Part shown: positions 53,606 through 62,081 of the stretch, in pieces
Layout of the letters: every line of letters starts with the position of its first letter
Numbering within the stretch: the stretch's first letter is position 1
From: a virus
Taxonomy: Duplodnaviria; Caudoviricetes
Length of the DNA: 64,000 nt
IMG/VR virus record: IMGVR_UViG_3300028146_000001
Span: 1,381-65,380 of that record
Direction: 5' to 3' (one strand)
Made by a program: the position numbers and the translations under genes
Notes under the pieces: model-generated
Database searches by the model: none
Seen by the model: the letters and a program-made list of their open reading frames with translations, nothing else
Told to the model about the DNA's origin: nothing

Positions 53606-53633
53606 GTTTCCCAGGTGTACACCCCATACACCC
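53606..53633 (+). repeat. GGTGTACACC-N4-ACACC motif, copy 3
   Basis: GTTTCCCAGGTGTACACCCCATACACCC. Confidence 0.7.
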
Positions 53634-53859
53634 ACTTTTAACCAACATTAACCGCCTCTCATCTTCGACGCAAACCGTTAGCCTGTAAGACAAAAGATCG
53701 AAAGTGTAAAAAATTGGGAGGGAGGTACGTAACTCTACTATTCTCCACGACGGGGGCCGTACCCTGGGCCTGCCTCCTATTACACCCGATTCCCCTTCAT
53801 TTCCTGCCACATTGACAGCCTACGCTCACGCTCACGAATCGCACCAATGATAACGCCTC

Positions 53860-53889
53860 TTTACACTGTAAACCATTTACACTGTAAAC
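53860..53889. repeat. tandem palindromic operator-like sites
   Basis: TTTACACTGTAAAC at 53860 and 53876 (16-bp period). Confidence 0.8.
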
Positions 53890-54019
53890 AAGGGGACAAT
53901 TAACCCAGGTGTATTAGGTACACAGTCAAGTCAATCTCCATTAAACACGATAAAAACAAGGAACAAACAACAATCAAACAACTCGGCATGAGGATTGCAA
54001 AGTATTTTTCGGAATAAAT

Positions 54020-54048
54020 TTGCATTCTCAAAATCAGTGACCTAGGCT
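54020..54048 (+). promoter_or_regulatory. early promoter
   Basis: TTGCAT-17-TAGGCT with AT-rich upstream DNA. Confidence 0.5.
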
Positions 54049-54299
54049 TTGTTAGATTCAGGAACGATCAACACAGAGGATAGCAGCATCATGTTGGAGC
54101 GAAACGAGTTATGGCGAGTGGTTGTGATGATTTCCGATTCAACCTGCCTCTCTCCAGTCCAATTGTGCGTTATCGTACTCGCAATCGTGTTGACTGCGAG
54201 CTATGCGACCTACTTTCGAGTATTCGGTTGAAAGTCTGTCTATTCGCCTGTGTTGGTGAGTAGAGTTATTACCGGATTCCCTTTTTTGGAGAATGACCA

Positions 54300-54563
54300 A
54301 TGCGACCGTATGACGAGTTAGACGCGATGGAGATTGCCAATTGTGCGGAATGTCGCGCGGCACACGAACAAATAAACGCCGATCAAAGGATATTCGCGCT
54401 CTTGCGGGGATCTCTTGAGTACGCCGAGACATGCGCGGCCGGTGGTGATACGCATGGGATTCTTGCGGCGTTATCGGACATGCGGCGTAAACTTGGAATG
54501 CCAGCTATCGACGGGGAAAGCGAATCGTGGACGGTTGCCGAATTGCTGGCGCATGCGGGTTAA
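54300..54563 (+). CDS. hypothetical early protein
   Basis: GGAGA RBS. Confidence 0.5.
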   Translation: MRPYDELDAMEIANCAECRAAHEQINADQRIFALLRGSLEYAETCAAGGDTHGILAALSDMRRKLGMPAIDGESESWTVAELLAHAG

Positions 54564-54601
54564 TTGTGTCGATGTGGAATCAGGGACCATTCAATAGGGG
54601 A

Positions 54602-55096
54602 ATGACCATGAAGACAGCAGAACGATGGGCCTACAATGGCGATGTGAATTTGGAATACGGTGGCGCATTCATCGACCTATCAACGTGGGACGATGGGTAT
54701 TGCTCCGCAGTTCGCGTTACCGATTTGGACAGCGCTTGCGGCTTTACCGGCGCTTGCATGATCGAACATATCGTCATCCTTGGAACGGACAACAGCAAAC
54801 GGATCAAAGACGCGCTGCGCTGTATTGGTGGAATCGAATCGCTCGGCATTCGGAATTGGAAATTTACCGGCGCGTCCGATGTGAAACAATGCATTCGCCA
54901 CGCCATTGCAGACGCGCTGATGTGCTATGGTTCGTTTGATCCAGATGATTCGTGGGATTCGTACCAGTCATTCCACACCGAGATTGTGCAGATGGAGCAA
55001 GATGGGCCTATGGTTTTCGACGGTTGGAAAGCTGACAAGCGCTTGCACAATACTGACCTACGCGAATACGTGGAATCGGTTCACTTGCGGGATTGA
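54602..55096 (+). CDS. hypothetical early protein
   Basis: AGGGG RBS; W.Y.GDVNLEYGG.F motif. Confidence 0.65.
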   Translation: MTMKTAERWAYNGDVNLEYGGAFIDLSTWDDGYCSAVRVTDLDSACGFTGACMIEHIVILGTDNSKRIKDALRCIGGIESLGIRNWKFTGASDVKQCIRHAIADALMCYGSFDPDDSWDSYQSFHTEIVQMEQDGPMVFDGWKADKRLHNTDLREYVESVHLRD

Positions 55097-55103
55097 CCAG
55101 TCC

Positions 55104-55151
55104 AGCGCGATCGGTAGGCCGATCATTGCGGTTCAAGCCCGCATTCGCGCT
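55104..55151 (+). ncRNA. mini tRNA-like element (closing stem, hairpin, T-arm)
   Basis: AGCGCGA/TCGCGCT; TGCGG-TTCAAGC-CCGCA. Confidence 0.45.
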
Positions 55152-55190
55152 TTTGTTTCGAGATACCTTTACACTTTGAGAGGGGAAACG

Positions 55191-55613
55191 ATGACTACCG
55201 ACATTGACATGGATGCAACCTATCGCGTGAAAGGTTGGCCAGAGGTTGCGGTCAGAATCCACGGATACCCGAAAATCTGGGAACCGTATCGCACACTGAT
55301 TACCGTCTGCGAGCGCTGCGAGCATACACTGTACGAAACATTCCAGAATAGCGGAGTATGGATTAGCGCGGATTGTGGATGTGAAATGTGTGACGATGAA
55401 AATCAGCCTCATGAGCCGCGCGAGGTCGAGGTCGATACCGACGAAGGGGAAGAAATCGACGATACCGAATGCGGTGACGTTCTAGTTGTCATGGTTGGCG
55501 ATGATGCCAAGCATCGGGTATCGGTGGATGATCTCATTCCCTTGGATGATCTCGACTACTGTGCGGAATGCGGACAAATCGGCTGTGGACACGATGGGAA
55601 AGACCGTTCGTAG
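55191..55613 (+). CDS. acidic Cys-containing early protein
   Basis: GAGGGG RBS; VVMVGDD..H.V and YCAECGQIGC. Confidence 0.65.
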   Translation: MTTDIDMDATYRVKGWPEVAVRIHGYPKIWEPYRTLITVCERCEHTLYETFQNSGVWISADCGCEMCDDENQPHEPREVEVDTDEGEEIDDTECGDVLVVMVGDDAKHRVSVDDLIPLDDLDYCAECGQIGCGHDGKDRS

Positions 55614-55700
55614 CTCCCAGCTATGCCGTTTAGAGCCACAGGGATAGCTCAACGTGGGCTATTCCACACACCGGAACGCAACCACGAAGAGAGAAACGCA

Positions 55701-55937
55701 ATGAAACTAGCAATCGGGGAACGTGTCGCATATTCCGTTCAATTCCTTAAATCAATCGGCATGTCTCATTCCGACATGGCGCACGGACGCGGGAAAGTTA
55801 CCGGACTGAAAGAACTATCCAAGGAATGCGTATTGGCTGAAATCGAATGGGAGAAATCAGCCGATCTACCCGCGCGGGTAAACGTCAAGAATCTTGCCAA
55901 GGTTGGCGCGAATCGTCGTTTCGCAAATTGCGACTAA
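55701..55937 (+). CDS. SH3-like small early protein
   Basis: IGERVAYS...GRGKV...IEW...VNVKNL. Confidence 0.65.
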   Translation: MKLAIGERVAYSVQFLKSIGMSHSDMAHGRGKVTGLKELSKECVLAEIEWEKSADLPARVNVKNLAKVGANRRFANCD

Positions 55938-56071
55938 CTCAAGGGGACCACGAATGAACCACGTTACCGCCTCCTGCGGTCATCCGACTATTGCAGTAGG
56001 CTTTGAGGGGAGTTTAGCGCGTCAACGCTGCCTCGGGATTTGAACCACTAACACGAAAGGTAGGTGTATCG

Positions 56072-56728
56072 GTGCAACCATTGACAGAGGCTTATCGGCC
56101 TACCACGTTTGACGACGTGACCGGACAAGATGAAGTAGTCCGCAAGCTACGCGCGATCGGCAAACGTGGCTACGGTGGCAAGGCGCTATGGCTGTCGGGA
56201 GGTTCCGGTCAAGGAAAAACTACCTGCGCTCGAATCATCGCCGCCGAAGTCGCTGGACCACTGGCAACGCAAGAAGAGAACGCGCGGGACATTGACCTGG
56301 ATTACGTCCGCGAGATGGAACGCACCTGGAACACCACGGTCATTCCGTCACCTGGGAGCGACAAAACCGGCAGGGCATACATTTTCAATGAGGCCCACAA
56401 TCTCCGCGCCTCAGTCTGCGAACGGCTCTTGACCACGTTGGAAGCGATACCGGCTCATTGCGTAGTCCTCTTCACCACGACCACGGAAGAGAATAAGGGA
56501 CTATTCGAGGGATACGACAATTCTCCCGCGTTCATGTCCCGTTGTTTGTTGCTCAAGCTGGCAAGGCGCGACCTATCAACCGCATTTGCCGAACGTGCCG
56601 CGATGATTGCGGACAAAGAGGGATTGAACGGCAAGCCAATAGAAGCGTATATCGGACTGGCGAAAGAACACCGGAACAATCTCAGGGCCATGTTGCAAGC
56701 TATCGAAGCTGGTGCAATGCTCGATTAA
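56072..56728 (+). CDS. clamp-loader-clade AAA+ ATPase (DnaX/RFC-small-like, no collar domain)
   Basis: [12 protein letters not shown], Walker [14 protein letters not shown], Walker B YIFNEAH, SRC motif, NNLRAML. Confidence 0.85.
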   Translation: MQPLTEAYRPTTFDDVTGQDEVVRKLRAIGKRGYGGKALWLSGGSGQGKTTCARIIAAEVAGPLATQEENARDIDLDYVREMERTWNTTVIPSPGSDKTGRAYIFNEAHNLRASVCERLLTTLEAIPAHCVVLFTTTTEENKGLFEGYDNSPAFMSRCLLLKLARRDLSTAFAERAAMIADKEGLNGKPIEAYIGLAKEHRNNLRAMLQAIEAGAMLD

Positions 56729-56738
56729 AACCACGGAC

Positions 56739-56767
56739 TTGACAGCGAACTAAGTATGAGGCAGAGT
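56739..56767 (+). promoter_or_regulatory. putative early promoter
   Basis: TTGACA-17-CAGAGT. Confidence 0.4.
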
Positions 56768-56801
56768 TTTCCATCTATCACCACGACGGGAGTAATGAAC
56801 C

Positions 56802-57299
56802 ATGACGACGACACAGACGAAGCAAGAGATTGTTACCGAGAAACGCGCCGAGTACATGGCGGGAAAGATGACGCACCAAGCCTATTACGAATGGCTAAGC
56901 GATTTCATCGGGATCGGGTACAGCTTGATTCCGTTTACTGCCGAGAAAGTCGCGGCCAGCACTGACCAGCACTTGAACGACCTACCCTTGGCGAACTGGG
57001 ACCGAATGGATTACGCGGTTCGCCGACACGCTACCGGCCTGTCATGGTCCCTGAGTGATACCGTTTGCTGCCTCAAGGCATTGGCACGCAAAAGGCAGAG
57101 GCAATCTGCCGACGCGATTATCACTGACCCCTACATTGCCATGCGGCCTATCCGCGTTACATTCGCCAACGGCAACACCATCGACACGAACATCAACGGC
57201 ACACGCGCCAGCATCGAAAAATATTACGTCGGCAACTGGTTCAACCTCGGTACGGTCGATGATGACATGCAGCAGGCCGTATCGGTCGAGTTCAAATAA
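56802..57299 (+). CDS. hypothetical early protein (two-domain)
   Basis: HQAYY..HLND.PL..WD..SLSDTVCCLK, then VTFANGNTIDTNINGT...YYVG..FNLG. Confidence 0.65.
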   Translation: MTTTQTKQEIVTEKRAEYMAGKMTHQAYYEWLSDFIGIGYSLIPFTAEKVAASTDQHLNDLPLANWDRMDYAVRRHATGLSWSLSDTVCCLKALARKRQRQSADAIITDPYIAMRPIRVTFANGNTIDTNINGTRASIEKYYVGNWFNLGTVDDDMQQAVSVEFK

Positions 57300-57365
57300 C
57301 GCAGAGCAACCCCGCAAGGGGTTAATGCGGCCCGCATGTTGCGGCCTGTTGCAAGCCAGGGGACC
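57300..57365 (+). ncRNA. structured intergenic RNA element
   Basis: CGCA..AACCCC-GCAA-GGGGTT..TGCG, then CCTG-TTGCAAGC-CAGG. Confidence 0.45.
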
Positions 57366-57379
57366 ACGGAGAACCGACG

Positions 57380-57634
57380 ATGGACGACAACCTTTACGAA
57401 GAGTGCAAGGCGCTTGGCATCCCGATCAACAACCATTCGAGCGACCTTTACATTCCGGTCACGCCGGAAACAACGGCGCTAATCCGCAAGCACGGCCACA
57501 GGGCCACCACGTTCAAGAATCAGGTAGAAGGCGGCATATGGTACGATGTGCCTTTTGCCTATCTGCCGTTCTGGAAAGCATCGGGAGAAGAGGCAAGCGT
57601 AATTATGATCGACGAAACCGGAGCTATCGTATAG
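57380..57634 (+). CDS. hypothetical early protein
   Basis: NHSSDLYIPVT...WYDVPFAY. Confidence 0.65.
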   Translation: MDDNLYEECKALGIPINNHSSDLYIPVTPETTALIRKHGHRATTFKNQVEGGIWYDVPFAYLPFWKASGEEASVIMIDETGAIV

Positions 57635-57672
57635 CTCGGACCCCAATGACACTGAACCGGAGGGAATGAACG

Positions 57673-57912
57673 ATGGCAACGACGCGGAAGAAACGAACCG
57701 CACCAAAGCCAGCACAGTTTAGCGAACTTGTGTTGAACGCCGCCCAAAACAAAACGCTGGACAATATTCTGTCCGGCATCTGCCAGCAGGCCCACAAACA
57801 TGAAGTTCAACACTGGCTTGACGCCAAGGGAACCGACGAAGAGAAATTACGCCGCATTTTATTCGCGGCACGCGAGGCTTTGCATCTGATCCGCAAACCG
57901 GAGGACCATTGA
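57673..57912 (+). CDS. hypothetical protein
   Basis: GGAGGG RBS. Confidence 0.55.
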   Translation: MATTRKKRTAPKPAQFSELVLNAAQNKTLDNILSGICQQAHKHEVQHWLDAKGTDEEKLRRILFAAREALHLIRKPEDH

Positions 57913-58301
57913 TGAAGACGTATCTTGACGCCAACGAAGTTACCAAACAAATAACCAAGCCGTGCGAGGACTGCCCATTCCGTCGCGTAGCTCTCGCCGG
58001 TTGGCTTGCCGATCAAACGCCAGCAGAGTATTGCCAGATGGCACACTCAGACGATTTGATCCAGTGCCATACCAAGAAATTCGAGGACGGGGACCACGTT
58101 CAATGTGCAGGAGCCGCGATCTATCGGGCAAACGTGGCCAAGCGTTGCGATCCGCCGAATCTGACTTTACCAAAAGACCCGCAAGCCGTGTTCTCTACTC
58201 CGCTGGAATTTGTCGAGCATCACAGCCGGAAGAAGATCACGCCGAGCAAGTTCCGAAAGTTGATGCTTGCCGCCTTTCAAAAGCGGATGGAATCCTATTA
58301 A
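57909..58301 (+). CDS. DUF6283-like Cys/His protein
   Basis: PCEDCPFRR....GWL, QCH, QCAGA. Confidence 0.6.
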   Translation: MMKTYLDANEVTKQITKPCEDCPFRRVALAGWLADQTPAEYCQMAHSDDLIQCHTKKFEDGDHVQCAGAAIYRANVAKRCDPPNLTLPKDPQAVFSTPLEFVEHHSRKKITPSKFRKLMLAAFQKRMESY

Positions 58302-58523
58302 CCAAACCCCAGGAGAATGAACGATGACCGGAAAACAGTTGCTAGACCACCTGCAAGAGTTGACCGCAACGCAATTAAAGTTGCCGGTCTACATCGAAAC
58401 CGAGTTTGCTACCGTGAGCGAAGGCGGCTCCGACGAATACCACGACATTGAGGAATTGGTCACTTCAATCGAGTGGAACCAGAAGGCAATTACCATCAAG
58501 GCCAAGTAACCAAACCCCAGGAG
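58299..58523 (+). repeat. 17-bp direct repeats (stop codon plus RBS) flanking the 58324-58509 gene
   Basis: TAACCAAACCCCAGGAG at 58299 and 58507. Confidence 0.85.
58324..58509 (+). CDS. hypothetical protein
   Basis: AGGAG RBS; MT..QLL..LQ.L...QL..PV. Confidence 0.65.
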   Translation: MTGKQLLDHLQELTATQLKLPVYIETEFATVSEGGSDEYHDIEELVTSIEWNQKAITIKAK

Positions 58524-58531
58524 TACCGACC

Positions 58532-58798
58532 ATGCGAAAGACCATCGACGACCTTATCCGCGAAGTCAACCAGCTTGAACCTTGGGAAGCCGACATGCGG
58601 AAAGACATCCATCTCCGCGAACAGCGCGAGCGCCACGCCAACAAGGGTATCCGAGTGGTGAGGGGGAAGGTTCTACCGCTTGCGGGCTATCAGATGCCAC
58701 CGGAAGCGGCTGAGACGCGGGAAATCGTGTTCTCGGACCTCTCGCAAGAGCAACGCCATTCGATCCGCCAGATTGCGGAAGAACCCGACGACGAATAA
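58532..58798 (+). CDS. hypothetical protein
   Basis: AGGAG RBS. Confidence 0.6.
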   Translation: MRKTIDDLIREVNQLEPWEADMRKDIHLREQRERHANKGIRVVRGKVLPLAGYQMPPEAAETREIVFSDLSQEQRHSIRQIAEEPDDE

Positions 58799-58799
58799 T

Positions 58800-58927
58800 T
58801 TGACAAGGCCGGATTCGTGGGCAATAGTAGATCGTTCGGCCACGGTAATGCCAACCAACACACCCCCAACCCGATCAGCAATTCTTACCGTGGCCGGAAA
58901 AGAACCTGAGACGGTTGGGGATTTTTT
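58800..58927 (+). promoter_or_regulatory. promoter and structured attenuator-like leader
   Basis: TTGACA-17-AATAGT; 12-bp stem CGGCCACGGTAA/TTACCGTGGCCG; loop CCCCAACC complementary to GGTTGGGG-ATTTTTT. Confidence 0.6.
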
Positions 58928-58938
58928 CATGGTGCAGA

Positions 58939-59220
58939 ATGGCAACCAAATGGACAAACCACCCAGGCGTTTTGTATCTCGAAATGGAAGTCAATTTTCT
59001 TTCGAGCGGATACTACGATGCCGGTCAAACATGCGGCCCGCCCGAAAGTTGCTACCCGCCAGAAGGTGAGGACGAACGCACGCTGGATACCATCAAGATC
59101 GGCGACAAAGAATTGCCGAAGGAACTGGCGGAAAAGCTGTTCGAGTTTTTGCAAGCGGACGTTGACGCGGTTGAAATGGAAACGCCGGAATACGAGCCGC
59201 TTGAAGACGACTATATGTAA
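58939..59220 (+). CDS. acidic hypothetical protein
   Basis: GPPESCYPPEG motif. Confidence 0.6.
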   Translation: MATKWTNHPGVLYLEMEVNFLSSGYYDAGQTCGPPESCYPPEGEDERTLDTIKIGDKELPKELAEKLFEFLQADVDAVEMETPEYEPLEDDYM

Positions 59221-59247
59221 TCCCCAAACCCCACGGAGAAAACGACG

Positions 59248-59694
59248 ATGGACACCAACCAGACCGAACCGACCGTAGAGCAGCAACCGGAGCCGACGCC
59301 AGAGAACCCGAACAAAGCGATGATTGCCGAGCTTCGAGCGATGGCCGACTTCATGGAAACTCACCCGCAGATGGGAGAGTTCTACGGCAACTTGACGCTA
59401 CTGATACCGTGCAAAGACAAGACGGACCTGATCGAGCGAATCAAGGGAGCGGGAAAGTTGCACAAGAAGGCAGTCGGCGATTATTTCGATGTCAACAAAT
59501 GGTTCGGGGATCACGTCCGCATCGAGTGGTACTTGAAGCGTGATCTGGTTTGCGAGCGCATCGTTGACCAGCGAGTAGTTCCCGCCGAGCCGGAAAAGAT
59601 CATTCCCGAACAGATCATCCCCGCGAAGCCGGAACGTGTCATTGAAGAAGTCAGTTGGAAATGTCCCGAATCGCTTTTGGCCGAGGCACGCTGA
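59248..59694 (+). CDS. hypothetical protein
   Basis: GGAG RBS; R..VCERI...W.CP.SLL. Confidence 0.65.
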   Translation: MDTNQTEPTVEQQPEPTPENPNKAMIAELRAMADFMETHPQMGEFYGNLTLLIPCKDKTDLIERIKGAGKLHKKAVGDYFDVNKWFGDHVRIEWYLKRDLVCERIVDQRVVPAEPEKIIPEQIIPAKPERVIEEVSWKCPESLLAEAR

Positions 59695-59727
59695 ACTACC
59701 ATTTACCACCATGAAGGAGATACCACC

Positions 59728-60525
59728 GTGGCAAAAGAACTGGCCGATTCCCGCGCGAAAGTTTACCTCATCCCCGTCAGGTCAATCACCAGCAACACGA
59801 ACCCGCGTCAAGCGTTGTCGGCATCGCTGGACGCCCAAGGGTGGACCGTGTTTCACGGCGATCAACCCATCTGGCCGCTCGCTACCAGCGACAACCCAGA
59901 GGAGCGGGCGCAATACGTGAAGCTGATCCAAGACTTCGACCCCGAAATCGTGGCGATGGCGAACACGATGCTAACCCAGGGGCAGCTTCAAGCTGTGGAA
60001 GTCCGCGAAGGCGGTTCCAAGAGCGGCGATCATTCCTACACGCTTTCTTTCGGTTGTCGGCGCTGTTTGGCGATCCTCTACAATTGGTGTTTGCTCGGCA
60101 AGCCCAAGGAGCCGGTCGTCAACGCCACGATGATAAAGGGCAACGAAGGCCAGCTATTGCAGCGGGCTATCGTGGAGAACATTCGGAAGCAGCCCAACGC
60201 AATCGAGGAAGCCAAGACGATCAAAATGCTCATCAACAACGGGCAGAGCAAGGAAGAAGTCGCAACCGAACTTGGCTTTACGACGAAGACCTTGGGGAAC
60301 CGGCTCAAGTTGTTGGGCCTGCCGCCCGAACAGCAAAAGAAGATCGAAGCGGGCAAGCTGACCGCGACCAAGGCTCTAGCCGAAAAGAACGGCACGCCAG
60401 CAAAGACCACCAAGCCCATGCGGACCCGCAAGGAAGTAACGGCGGCGATGGAAGAATTTCCCGAATCCAGGCCCGAGCGCAAGGTGTTGGAGTGGATGCT
60501 TGGGATGCGGGAGAAGATTGCGTAA
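59728..60525 (+). CDS. ParB/Spo0J-like protein
   Basis: NPRQ, GQLQAVEV, GCRR, ENIRK..NAIEEA, HTH SKEEVATELG....LGNRLKLL.LP. Confidence 0.85.
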   Translation: MAKELADSRAKVYLIPVRSITSNTNPRQALSASLDAQGWTVFHGDQPIWPLATSDNPEERAQYVKLIQDFDPEIVAMANTMLTQGQLQAVEVREGGSKSGDHSYTLSFGCRRCLAILYNWCLLGKPKEPVVNATMIKGNEGQLLQRAIVENIRKQPNAIEEAKTIKMLINNGQSKEEVATELGFTTKTLGNRLKLLGLPPEQQKKIEAGKLTATKALAEKNGTPAKTTKPMRTRKEVTAAMEEFPESRPERKVLEWMLGMREKIA

Positions 60526-60541
60526 CCAACGGAGATCGACG

Positions 60542-60874
60542 ATGCAAGTAAAGTTGTTTGAAGTCCGCGACCGTGGCACGTTTATTCCCGTCATGGCAAC
60601 CTTCTTTCAAGGCGGCGAATCTCCGCTGTTGCGTGCCGCTGGCTACGGAACCTTTCAGGATTACGTTATCCTGACGAAGTTGACGGGCGGCGAATGCAAC
60701 GCCAGCTACGATCCGTACGATTGGCCCACGAATCCGCGAACCATGCGCGAGGCTCATCTGTTCATCGAGAAATCGAATTGGGGCGATCTGCAAGACGGGC
60801 AGGTGATTGACGTGGAATTTGTGCTTGGCGAAACCACTGTTTGCAAGACGAGCGAATTGGAGAACTACCAATGA
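60542..60874 (+). CDS. hypothetical protein
   Basis: EVRDRGTFIP...YDPYDW...RTM..AH. Confidence 0.65.
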   Translation: MQVKLFEVRDRGTFIPVMATFFQGGESPLLRAAGYGTFQDYVILTKLTGGECNASYDPYDWPTNPRTMREAHLFIEKSNWGDLQDGQVIDVEFVLGETTVCKTSELENYQ

Positions 60875-61041
60875 CGACAGCCATTGACTACCTGAAATCA
60901 GCGTTGACTTCGTTGAAGCGAGGCAAGCACGCGCCAGACAACGAAGACGCAGCCAACATAATGGCCGACGCTATTGACGACGCCTTTGACGAAGTAGAGA
61001 AGGCGCTGGCCGTGATCGAAGAAGTCAAAGACAAACTTTAA
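60871..61041 (+). CDS. hypothetical protein
   Basis: ATGA coupling. Confidence 0.5.
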   Translation: MTTAIDYLKSALTSLKRGKHAPDNEDAANIMADAIDDAFDEVEKALAVIEEVKDKL

Positions 61042-61055
61042 CACCGGAGATTGTA

Positions 61056-62081
61056 ATGTCCGATCAACTGACCATGAAAGAAATCCTGCGAAATACGGCG
61101 TCGGACGGATGCGCGGCAGAGCCGCAAGCCGCCGATCAAACGCCGGTTGTCCAGGTTCCCCAGGGAGAGCCGAGCGTTTTTTCGATCATCTCCCAACACG
61201 CCAGCAACCCGAACTTCGACGTGGAAAAACTCAAAAGCCTGATTGAGTTGAAGGAACGGATGGACGAACGCGAGGCGGAAAAAGCGTACTCCGCAGCAAT
61301 GTCCGAATGTCAAAAGGAAATGCCCGTCGTGGTACGCGATGCCACCAACAATGAAACCGGCAAGGGATACGCCCGAATCGAGGCTATTCAAACCGTAGCC
61401 AAACCGATCTACTCAAGGCACGGATTCTCTCTTTCGTTCACCGACGAGAAGGCCGACAAGGAAGGGCAATACCACGTAGCTTGCGAATGCCGCCACCGGC
61501 AAGGCCACGCGATGAAGCACACACTTTACAACGTGCCTATCGACATGACCGGCCCGAAGGGAGGAGCCAACAAAACAGCGATTCAGGGTATGGTATCGTC
61601 GCTCTCCTACGCCCGCCGCGTCCTCTTGTGCATGGTGTTCAATATCACCGTTGCCGATCAAGACGACGACGGACAGGGAACGAGCCTGTTGACTGGCGAT
61701 CAAATCGCCGAAGTCAACACGCTCTTGGAAAATTCGACGCTGAGCCTCAAGGGAATCTTGAAGTGGCTTGGCGCTGAATCCCTTGACCGCGTTAAGGCCA
61801 GCGACTTCGTGAAGCTGACGACGGAGTTGAAGCGGAAGCAGAAGCCGACCGAACAGCCCGATCCTGCTCTCGTCGCGTTGTTGCAAGCGTGGCAAGGCAA
61901 ACTCGACGCCCAGCCGAGCATCGACGACGTAAACAAGAAATTCCTACCGGAGATCAAGAAGATCGAACCCAAGGAAAGCCGCGTTGCCGTCTTCAATCTA
62001 ATCAAGGAACGATTCGCCCCTCTCGGATTCGTGTTCGATGACACCGCCAAGAAATTCGTTATCGAAGGAGCCAACCCATGA
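61056..62081 (+). CDS. erf: ERF-family single-strand annealing protein
   Basis: AMSECQKEMP.V..DA.N.....YA..E.I, KPIYSRHGFSLSF, QGMVSSLSYARR..L..VFNI...DDDGQ. Confidence 0.85.
   Translation: MSDQLTMKEILRNTASDGCAAEPQAADQTPVVQVPQGEPSVFSIISQHASNPNFDVEKLKSLIELKERMDEREAEKAYSAAMSECQKEMPVVVRDATNNETGKGYARIEAIQTVAKPIYSRHGFSLSFTDEKADKEGQYHVACECRHRQGHAMKHTLYNVPIDMTGPKGGANKTAIQGMVSSLSYARRVLLCMVFNITVADQDDDGQGTSLLTGDQIAEVNTLLENSTLSLKGILKWLGAESLDRVKASDFVKLTTELKRKQKPTEQPDPALVALLQAWQGKLDAQPSIDDVNKKFLPEIKKIEPKESRVAVFNLIKERFAPLGFVFDDTAKKFVIEGANP

Noticed and set aside
53056-53810. Short minus-strand ORFs in the control region as genes
   Set aside because: Overlapping frames, atypical composition and no motifs; not supported.
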